A DNA stretch of 62,943 bases, the filler included, from Catajapyx aquilonaris (Eukaryota), in the NCBI GenBank assembly GCA_000934665.2. It is 2 parts of 2 records of this genome, joined end to end, with 100 filler letters (N's around TTAATTAATTAA, not from the genome) between each part and the next. Parts side by side here need not be neighbours in the genome. Positions count along the whole stretch, not along the records: positions 1 to 31,422 come from JYFJ02004532.1; positions 31,523 to 62,943 come from KZ539164.1. One strand, given 5' to 3'. Below are positions 24,960 through 34,367 of the stretch, in pieces. The translations under genes were made by a program, and so were the position numbers. The notes below the pieces were generated by a model, which was not told where the DNA came from, did no database searches, and was given only the letters and a program-made list of their open reading frames with translations. Each line of letters opens with the position of its first letter. Within the stretch, counting starts at the first letter, position 1.

Positions 24960-25072
24960 AGTAGCGGCGACTGGCGATGAGGGAATAGCGCTTAAGCACA
25001 TCCTTCTCTGTTGTGGTGGCGATGGGAATGCGCCCTCATTTGCATAAAAAATCATCGCATCAAAGATGGCCG
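24960..25072 (+). promoter_or_regulatory. Conserved upstream cassette, unit 10
   Basis: AGTAGCGGCGACT..AATAGCGCTTA..CATCCTTCTCT..GGTGGCGATGGGAATGCGCCC..AAGATGGCCG. Confidence 0.75.
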
Positions 25073-25309
25073 ACGAAGAGTGTCCGTCGTGAGGAGACGA
25101 GAAGAGTGCGTCCGTTGCCTCTCTTCCCTCGCCTGGAACTTGGTAGGTTGAGCACATTGCATCCGCCCCACGCAAAGCATGACATGGTGTCACTTCAGCC
25201 ATCCAAAGCATGACCACGGAATTAGATCTGAAGGAAAAGAGAACAATGGTAGCTATAGGCCTGTGCCCTACTCCTAACATGAGCTGGTTGCATTGTGTAT
25301 TGCAGGACC

Positions 25310-28300
25310 ATGGCCTTGCTGCCCATGAGAGTCAAGGAAGAAGAAGGGCTTGATGGAGAAGAGGAGGACATCACAGTGGAGGAGACCTGGCAGATTCCCT
25401 TGAAGGAGGAGACCCCTTCTTGCTTCGATGACGGCTCTACTCTCATTGAAGACACCCTCCGTGAGGTCAAGAAGGAGGAGGAAGAGGAGGAGATGGTGGT
25501 GGACATGCCTGGGGTGGTTGGAGATGAAGATGACCCTTTATCTGTTGGTTCTGGAAGGATTAGTGGGGTATGCCATCTGCTTAAAATGTGAAGTAGGCCT
25601 ACCGTAATGTTGCCGTATGTGTGCTTCAGTCATGTGATGGATGGGGAGTATTACAAGAATTTTCCTTGCTCATTGGGGGAAGGGAGTGTTTGGCCCAGAT
25701 ATGTTAGCCCAGCTTTGGTGACCTACAGTTGAATCTGGATATATAACGGACTTCAAGGGACCGCGGGAAAAGCAGTCTGTTATACCCTAGTTCTGTTATG
25801 GCCAAATCGCCAATTTTGTAGTGAATACTCGAAGTTGTCTGCTTTCCATATGACTAGAATGCACACTACTACATGCTGATTAATGAAACTAAACATGCAA
25901 AATTAGCTCACCCATCACTTAGGCAGGACCAAAAAAAATCTGTAATTTTCTTCCACTGTCTCGTTCTTGCTAAATATACCAGAAAAAGGATGATTTTGAC
26001 CTTTTAGCTAAAGCGTTAGATCAGTGACAAATCTACTCCAGTGTGCAATGCTTTCCTCACGTGGGAAAAGAAGTTGAGTAATCAAAAACAGCACATTTTC
26101 CCACCGAGTGGCCAAGAAATGGTCTGTTATAGCCGAGGTGAGGTGAAAATGAGTTACCGCAGCACCACTTCGCCTCCTTATTAACTGTAATAAATTATTT
26201 TTATTACATGCAGAATATTGTCACTTTTCAGATTCTTTCTTGGATGGTAAACTGGACTTTTGGTATTTTATTTCTTAATCTCCCATTAACTAAATGCAGT
26301 TTGAGCCAAGCTAGGACAACATTTGTTGAAATGAACCAAATTTCATGCTAAAGGATGCTGATGTGAAAATTATTTACTATTAGTGTAATCATGAATTATT
26401 ATCAAATGTTGCATATTTTACCTGTTGAGTGATGTAAACAGATTGCTACTACAGTTGAATCCGGATATAACAGCCTCAGTTATAACGAACTTTCGGTTAT
26501 AACAGACTCAAAAGCCCAGTCCCAGCATACTTACATAAAGCCCCATGTATTTTTTTTACTCCTGATAGGCTATAGGAGACTCCTTTTCACCTCATCTCAG
26601 CTATGACAGACATTTCTTGGCCCTTTGGTGGGAAAATATGCTGCTTACGATTACTTAGCTTCCTTTCCCATGCCAGGAAAGCATTGCACATTGGAGAGGG
26701 GGGTGATATTCCATATGTGAGTGATATAAGCGCTCATTGACACTTGCAGAAAAGATCAAAATAATTATTTTTCAGGTAGCGTTTAAGTTATTTAGCAAAA
26801 AGGGAGAGAGCAAACTAGAAATACTCTTTTTTTTTGTCCTGCATAAGTTGTGGTGAGCTAATTTTGCAATTTTGTGGCTAGTTTCATTAATCAGTGTGCA
26901 GTAGTGCTCATTATTTGCATTTGGCAAGCAGAAAACTATTGTTGAAAAATTGGCGATTTGGCTATAACAGATGTCAGTTATTTCCTGTAATATGAATATC
27001 CCACCAAAAACATTTCTGTAAAAAAAGGCCAAGTTCTCCTGACTGCTGTCAAAAGTGGCGAGATCTGAAATACAGCCAAGTTCAACGTCGTTGTCAATTA
27101 CTGGCATTCTCAAATTATTCAACCTAAACCACTAACTTTGTTTTTCCAGGTCGACCTTAAGTTTAATCATCAAAAAATTTTAATGTAATTTCTCCTGATG
27201 TCACTTGACCATTGCTCTTAAAACAGTGAAACAGTTGTAGAATTCAACAATACCTCAGACATGAGCAATGACCAAGTGACATCAGGAGAAATGCCATTAA
27301 AATTTTTTGATGATTAAACTTAAGGTCGACCTGGAAAAATAAAATTAGTGGTTTAGGTTGAAGAATTTGAGAATGCCAGTAATGAGTACGACGTTGAACT
27401 TGGCCGTATTTCAGATCTCGCCACTTTTGACGGCCAAGCAGTCAGGAGAACTTGGCCTTTTTTTACAGAAAGTTTTTGGTGGGAACTCACCTCTTTTTGT
27501 AGGCAGGAGTGTAGGATAATTATGATAGCTCGGGGCCGGGCCCTACGGTTGGGCGTGGAAGCAATTGTCCGTATGTACAACTCTATCTTTTCTTCTGATT
27601 AGGTATGATTTTCTTCTGCTTTCTCATATTACGCTTCCTTTTTTTCTGTTCTGGTTGTGCGAATTGGACATCTGCTACACCTGATCCCATAGCCCATTCG
27701 CGATCCTTAACCACTTCTGTCGATGCCTTATTAGCCCTTTTGAGTATGGATAAGTCTGGTCGGTAAATAGATCTCAATCTATCGTACTCCAGAATAGCTG
27801 ACTCTTGAGCCTTGATGTCAGTAAAGGAGGCATTGATGAGATGCACTTTTAACTCTGGAAAGAGCCACGTAGGCTTGACCGCACGAGAAGACAGAGGAAC
27901 CAATATCGATGAGTACATTAGTGAGACTCAGCCTTGGCTCTTGTGTATGATAATTGCAAACGACAAAATGACGTGAGTTGTGTCGGGTAAAGGTGGTCCG
28001 GCAGTGCGGCGAGAACTTGGTGGGGGCACTGCCGTTGCCCCCTAATCTCTGTCGCACTGTGTGATGTGAGTGTGCTACAAATTCTGCAAGAGGTTTTGCT
28101 ATAAGCCACAAGGGGTGCCTTCTAAATGACCAAAACACATGCTGAAACCTTTCCTACATCCACCCTCCAATGGTAATTGATATGCTGCAATTCACTTTTC
28201 AGGTAGTGCAAAAGGATGACGATGAAGTATATGTGAAGGAAGGAGTTCAGAAGGAAAAGATCACTAGACCTCCTGATGGAAGCAAGCAATTTGACTGCCA

Positions 28301-29042
28301 AGTGTGCCAGAAGAAGCTTACTACAGCTTATAGGTTGAAAATTCACATGCGAATCCATACAGGTGAGAAACCATATAGTTGTGAGGTATGCCGGATGAAA
28401 TTTAGTGAGCCAAGGAGCTTGAAAAGTCACATGCGAATTCATACAGGTGAGAAACCATATAGTTGTGCGATGTGCCAGGAAAAATTTAGTGCATCAGCTA
28501 ATATGAGAAATCACATGCGAATTCATACAGGTGAGAAACCATTTCAGTGTGAGGTGTGCCAGAAGAAATTTATTACATCAAGTGCCTTGAAAAAGCACAT
28601 GCGGGTTCATACAGGAGACAAACCATTCACTTGTGAGGTGTGCCAGAATCAGTTTACTGCACAGTCTAGTTTGTATGTTCACATGCGAATTCATACAGAT
28701 GAGAAACCATTTCAGTGTGAGGTGTGCCAGGAAAAATTTAGTGAATCAGGTAATTTGAGAAATCACATGCGAATTCACACAGGCGAAAAACTATTTAGTT
28801 GCAAAATTTGCCATAAAGAATTTCGACATTCCAGTCATGTGAACAAACACATGCGAACTCACACAGTCGAAATACCACGTGGTTGCAAAATTTGCCATAA
28901 ACAATTTCGACATTCCAGTCGCATGCGCAGACACATGCGAACTCACAAAGGCGAAAAAACACTTAGTTGCGAAATTTGCCATAAAGAATACCGATATTCC
29001 AGTCATCTGAGCAACCACATGCGAAAGCAGCACACTGGTTAA
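25310..29042 (+). CDS. Array unit 10: acidic-domain C2H2 zinc-finger protein (9 fingers, C-terminally truncated)
   Basis: Exons 25310-25567 and 28203-29042, phase 0. TAA falls in a TG*K linker, and two decayed fingers follow. Confidence 0.85.
25726..26975. mobile_element. Two truncated, oppositely oriented copies of a Tc1/pogo-type TIR element
   Basis: TA|CAGTTGAATC(T/C)GGATATA occurs at 25726 and 26452. 25790-25940 is the reverse complement of 26825-26972, and 26040-26150 of 26585-26695. Confidence 0.7.
26999..27484. mobile_element. Foldback/MITE with about 220-bp inverted arms
   Basis: TCCCACCAAAAAC...GTTTTTGGTGGGA termini. The arms are near-perfect and flank a spacer of about 45 bp. Confidence 0.88.
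27583..27990 (-). mobile_element. Helitron-type PIF1 helicase C-terminal fragment (frameshifted)
   Basis: Across frameshifts it reads FAIIIHKSQG-LSLTNVLIDIGSSVFSCGQAYVALSRVK..VHLIN..IKAQESAILEYDRLRSIYRPDL, matching PIF1 motifs V/VI. Confidence 0.85.
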
Positions 29043-29691
29043 AAACGATTCAGTTGCCAATATTGTCAGCAGGAGTTAAGTGATGCATCAAGTGGCATGA
29101 AGAAACATTTATGTACGCATGCACGCACAGGTTATAAACCATTTAGTTGAAAGTATTTTCAGTAGGAGTTAGTGACTCATGCGGTATGAATAGACATATG
29201 CGAAGACATGCAACATGCTCAGATGTAATCATATATTTTCTGAAAGAGATGTAAAATGGCATCCCATTGGAAAGACCATCTGTGCATGACACCCAGAAGC
29301 ATATGCTTTGTTGTAATTTACATGAAGAGTGTATGAAGACATGACTATTGTCTATAAAGTATGTTAATCTCATCTTGGCATTTTTACTCCCTTTGTCCAA
29401 CAGGAACTAGCTGATATAGATGGCTCTTGAGTCCTAGAAAAGCCATCATTGACAGGAAGGGTGAGGACACTCCGGGATTTTAATCGCCCCAATCCCAACT
29501 TCCCGAGTGACCACTATTGGGCTTGCCCTGGTCATGCGCTTCCTATACTAACTATATTTGAATCAATATTACCAGGATTTACCATAGAAATCCAAGTGTC
29601 TCGCACAATATGTCATAATCAGGCACATGTCCACGGTTTTTGAGCTAAACGTATCAAATGTAATAACTAGCGGCTATCGCTGAGCTGGACA

Positions 29692-29813
29692 AGTAGCGGC
29701 GACTCTTGGCGTTGCAATCGCGCTTAGACGCATCCTTCTCTCTCAGGTGGCGATGGGAATGCACCCACAAATGAATGGGAAGAGAAAAAAGAAAAAGAAA
29801 TCAAAGATGGCCG
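29692..29813 (+). promoter_or_regulatory. Conserved upstream cassette, unit 11
   Basis: AGTAGCGGCGACT..AATCGCGCTTA..CATCCTTCTCT..GGTGGCGATGGGAATGCACCC..A-tract..AAGATGGCCG. Confidence 0.75.
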
Positions 29814-30011
29814 AAGAAGAACTTCTCTTGTGAAGACACGAGGAGGAGGGTCCTGCGGCTTGAATTTCCCGAAGATTACAACTTGGATTCAGACATAGCA
29901 AGGTGGGCACTTGGTTGACCTTTGACCACCACGTCACAGAGAAAATGTTCCTCCTGTGCAGCTGATTAGTGTGCTGCTTCATGTGCTGATGTTGCTGTGC
30001 ATTGCAGGGCC

Positions 30012-31388
30012 ATGTCGTTGAGGGTCAAGAAGGAGGAAGGACTGGAAGATGATGGGGAGGTGGCAGTGGAGGAGATGGCACAGGTGCACGTGAAAGAAGA
30101 GATCCTACTATCCTTTGAAAATGACGAGACAATGGGTGCTACACCCGTGGAGGTCAAAGAGGAGCCACCGGAGGAGGAGATGATGGTGGCCATGCCTGGT
30201 GCTGTTGAAGAGGGAGGTGACCCTTTGGCCGGAGGTTCCGGAAGGACTAGTGGGGTATGTCGTCTGGTGAACATCTGATATGTAATGTTACAGCATATTT
30301 GCACTGTGTTGTACTTCCATCTTCATTAAGCAAGCTGGAGAAATTGTACAGCATAGAGGATGACTTGTGTTGTACGCAGCCCCCTGCGACTCCCATGATA
30401 CAGAAGCGGACCCTGAATAATGAAAATTGATATGATGCAATTCCCTTTTCAGCAGCTGCAAGAGAAAGGTCTTGAAGTCAGTGTGGAGAAAGCAGTCCAG
30501 AAGAAAAAGAGCACTAGATCTCATGACGGAAGCCAGCGATTTGACTGCCAAGTGTGCCAGAAATCCCTTGCCACCAAATATGGTTTGGATCTTCACATGA
30601 GAAGCCATACAGGAGAAAAGCCATTTTCATGCAAATTATGCGATAAGAAATATATTGCGAGACTTAGTTTGAAAAGCCACATGAGAGTGCACACGACAGA
30701 GAGACCACATTCATGTGAGGTGTGCCAGAAAAAGTTTTTTACATCATATGAGTTGAAAATTCACATGCGAAATCATACAGGAGAGAAGCCATTTAAATGT
30801 GAGGTGTGCCAAAGACGGTGTAATGTTGCTCGTGAGTTGAAGATTCACATGCGAATTCATACAGGCGAGAAGCCATTTAAATGTGAGGTGTGCCAAAAAC
30901 GGTGTAATGTTGCTCGTGAGTTGCAGATTCACATGCGAATTCATACTGGAGAGAGACCATTTCAATGTGAGGTGTGCCAGAAAAGGTTTAATATTGCATA
31001 TGATTTGAAAATTCACATGCGAATTCATACTGGGGAGAAACCATTTCAATGTGAGGTGTGCCAGAAGAAATTTCATGTGAAAGCTTATTTGCAAGCCCAT
31101 TCGAAAACTCACACTGCAGAAAAGCCATTTAGTTGCAAATATTGTCAGAAGACATTTACTTATTCAAGTAGTGTGAAGAAACACTTGCGAATTCACACAG
31201 GCGAAAAAAAGTTTAATTGCAATTATTGCCAAAAGGAGTTTAGTGACTCAGGTGGTATGAAGAAACATTTACGAATTCACACAGGCGAAAAACCATTTAG
31301 TTGCAAATATTGCCCGATGATGTTCAGTCAGTCAGGTAGTATGAAGAGACATAATAGGCGAATTCACGCAGGTGAAAAACCTGTTTAG
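30012..31388 (+). CDS. Array unit 11: acidic-domain C2H2 zinc-finger protein (10 fingers)
   Basis: Exons 30012-30254 and 30453(or 30456; CAGCAG acceptor)-31388, phase 0. Confidence 0.9.
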
Positions 31389-31422
31389 ATTTTTAAATTC
31401 AGAAAAAAATATGTAAAATGGC

Positions 31423-31522
31423 NNNNNNNNNNNNNNNNNNNNNNNNNNNNNNNNNNNNNNNNNNNNTTAATTAATTAANNNNNNNNNNNNNNNNNNNNNN
31501 NNNNNNNNNNNNNNNNNNNNNN
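31423..31522. other. Assembly gap with an artificial six-frame-stop spacer
   Basis: 44 N + TTAATTAATTAA + 44 N = exactly 100 bases. Confidence 0.95.
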
Positions 31523-32210
31523 TAGCAACACCCTTAAGACACTGACCCACCTGGTCCAACCATGTCTTCCTAGGCCTACCCTTGCCCCTCTTACCAACTA
31601 CTCCACCCAAATAAACCTTCTAGAATCACAAGCCATAATTTACCTATGTGTAATCTAACCAAACCAGCCAGCAGGCAAATCAAGCATATTCCTGTTTTAG
31701 CAATTTTGAGACAACCACAACTCTTGTCTAGGTATGAACTGATTGAATAATTGAACCTCGGAATTGGAAAACTTGAAAATGACTTGGCACTTATGCACTT
31801 GTTGCTCTGAGCCTCGCTGTACGCCAAACGGAGCATCGCAGGTGCACCAAACTCTGGTGGTAGGTGCGCCTGCCGAATCCATGACAATACAAGGTGTCAG
31901 GAATCCGATACGAGTAACGAGTGACGAATGGGAGCGGTGTCTTTGACCCCCCCCACCCTCTGGACACCCCCATAAAGTTAGTCTGTTTTCCGACTCCCAT
32001 GCGAGTTCGAGGCCACGTTGACCCCTCTGCAGGTCACAGTGATTGTCGCACCTGGATTTAAAAAATTTGGTCTTTTTCTTGCGGCGAATGCGTACCTATC
32101 CCCGGTATCACGGTACCGATAGCACAAACGAGTCAAATGCATTTTAGATCACCTTTGGCACCCAAGTCTATACCCCACCATCATGCAAACATGTCCAATC
32201 TTCATCTCAC

Positions 32211-32444
32211 CTGGTTCTTTCTTCCTCCATCTACAAGTCTGCGTCCACCGTCTGCCTCCTCCTCCCTGTCTGGATGAGCATTGTCACTTTCCTGGATGCT
32301 GGTGCCCTCCTCCTCCTCTGGCTCCACCTTGACCCTGTCCCACTTGGAGTGGGTGGTTCTGTGTGCCATCAGATCAATCCTCCTTTTGAAGACCTTATCT
32401 GGGCAGCACGGACAGGTGAACCTCCCCAATTTCAACATTTCCAT
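32211..32444 (-). CDS. First coding exon of a C2H2/acidic protein gene; remainder not found before the gap
   Basis: MEMLKLGRFTCPCCPDKVFKRRIDLMAHRTTH..VKVEPEEEE. Acceptor TTACAG at 32497, donor CAG|GTGAGA at 32210, upstream UTR donor GAAGG|GTGAGT at 32566, and AAATGGCG at about 32815. Confidence 0.7.
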
Positions 32445-33580
32445 GGCTGAAGGGATGGGGACGATGCGTCTCTCTCTCTCTAACTCTACACCTTGTCTGT
32501 AATAATAAGAAGAGTGAATGAGACTAGTCTCATGCCCCGCTCCAACCAGACCAACCTCCAACTCACCCTTCCTCCAACAATGAGTGGTGCGTGCGTGTGT
32601 CCTTCCCCCAACCAGACCAAGCAACAATCCCTTCCAAACCAGTGATTACCAGTCCTCTCCTCACGTGCCTCAACCTGCCTCAACCGCCCCCTCAACCGAC
32701 GGGCCATAAACAACCAACGCCATTACGCCAACTAGGCTGACTTCCTCCTTCCATCCCTTCAGATCGCCAACCACATAGTTTCCCTTCCCTCCGCCATGAG
32801 GGGGGAGTTATGGCGCCATTTCTTGGATGGTTTTGATCGGTTTTGATAGACACTAAAATTATGAAATAAAGACGATAAAGGTCATTCGCCAAATAAAAGG
32901 GTGTGGCAGGAAAAGATCAACTTTCCGGAGAGCGACAATGTTTCACTTGTGTCTGCACTCTGCAGCGGTCTGCAGGTTGCAGTATAGCCTACTAAACGAA
33001 GTCACTTTTATTGCTTTTATTGATTTCCTGTTTATTTAGAGGGGTTAGATGTAGGATAAAAAATAATATATAATTTACTTCTTAAGTATGAATACATTGG
33101 GGGTCCCAATACCTTCCGGACCATCGGGGCACAGTGGTCTATTATTTGCACAGGACAGTGTCTAAAATTTATTAAGCCAAAGTGATGCCACTACCTGTGA
33201 ATGTATTATATTATATTACTTATATATTACTTATATTACCAGAGAGTAGGCCTACCTGGCTACCTCCACCATGCCGAAAAATATTGGGTGCGTGTAGGTA
33301 TAACAAAAGCTCTTATATAAAAATTCAAACGTTCGAAAGTGGACCAGCGCTGTGCCCTGTGCCCCGGTCTCCCCTATGTGTAATTGGATTTAAATGTATT
33401 GACACTTTAAAGAATGCATAGATATTATTTCTCTGGTAATTATACTACGGTATGTGTTTTTATCAGGCTTTTTGCCGCCCATTCCAAATTTCCATAGGCC
33501 TAATAGTCTACACTCTACTGAAACACTAATTATTATTCTTCAGCACTTTTTTTTACCAGAAACTACGTCATGATGGTCAT

Positions 33581-34367
33581 ATGGCATCATCTTCCTTCCC
33601 AATCCTGGTGTTGACCCTCGCAGTCTCCATCGTCCAGCCATATCTCTATCTGGGCATCAGACTCCCTGCACCTGTCCCCCCGAGGCAATGCAACGGGTCA
33701 GTGTCTGCCCAGTGTCCCTCTGTGGACCCGACCCCGCCCGTGTACCTCCCCGACCCCTCGGACTGCCACCTCCTTCTGTGAGTGCAGCGGTGGCACCGCC
33801 TGGCACTTCCTCTGCCCTGATCACCTCGTCTTCCAGCCTGGAAAAGGCTGCGTCTTCCCAGACCAGTATTCCTGCCACCCATCAAACACCATTGACTTCC
33901 TCCTGATGGACACAGCACCCACCTACTGCCCCTCCTCCGTCCACTGCCCCAGCCAGGAGTCCAAGGACGTGGTCCAGCTGCCCAACCCGGAGGACTGCGC
34001 CTCCTTCTGCAAGTGCTTCCTGGGAAAGGCCTACCTGATGAAATGTCCAGGCAACCTCCTCTACAACCCAAAGATCAGGGTCTGCGACTACCCACAGAAC
34101 GTCCACTGCCAATCCCAGGAAGAGGAGCAAGATCAACTGGTGGTCATGGGTAATCAGAGGGTCAAGTGTCCCTCCAGAGTGTCCAAGCAGTGTCCCAAGG
34201 TGGAAGGACAGTACCCCAAGTACCTGCCCTACCCGGGTGAATGCCACGACTTCTGTGAATGCAGCAATGGCATTGCAAAGCGATTCTCCTGTCCAGGTGG
34301 TCTCATCTTCAATCCCAAATTGAATGGTTGCGACCATCCAGGAGACGCACTAATACCAATCGTATAA
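33581..34367 (+). CDS. Peritrophin-like secreted chitin-binding protein (3 CBM14/ChtBD2 domains), with a 1-nt frameshift
   Basis: Hydrophobic signal-like N-terminus and three C..LPxPxDC..FCxC..G.A....CP..L.F/Y....C domains. An extra C at about 33767 separates ORF 33581-33781 from the frame of 33906-34367. Confidence 0.85.

Noticed and set aside
24960..25072. Conserved cassette as a structured ncRNA (snoRNA/tRNA-like)
   Set aside because: No consistent base-pairing, C/D, H/ACA or A/B boxes are seen across copies. Its fixed position before the first exon fits a promoter.
7183..31112. Many minus-strand ORFs overlapping the finger and acidic exons
   Set aside because: They are antisense shadows of repetitive C2H2 and poly-Glu codons (e.g. 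FLAHLTLKW, SSSSS) with no independent support.
31467..31478. TTAATTAATTAA as a biological motif
   Set aside because: It is centred exactly in a 100-base N gap, so it is a scaffolding spacer.
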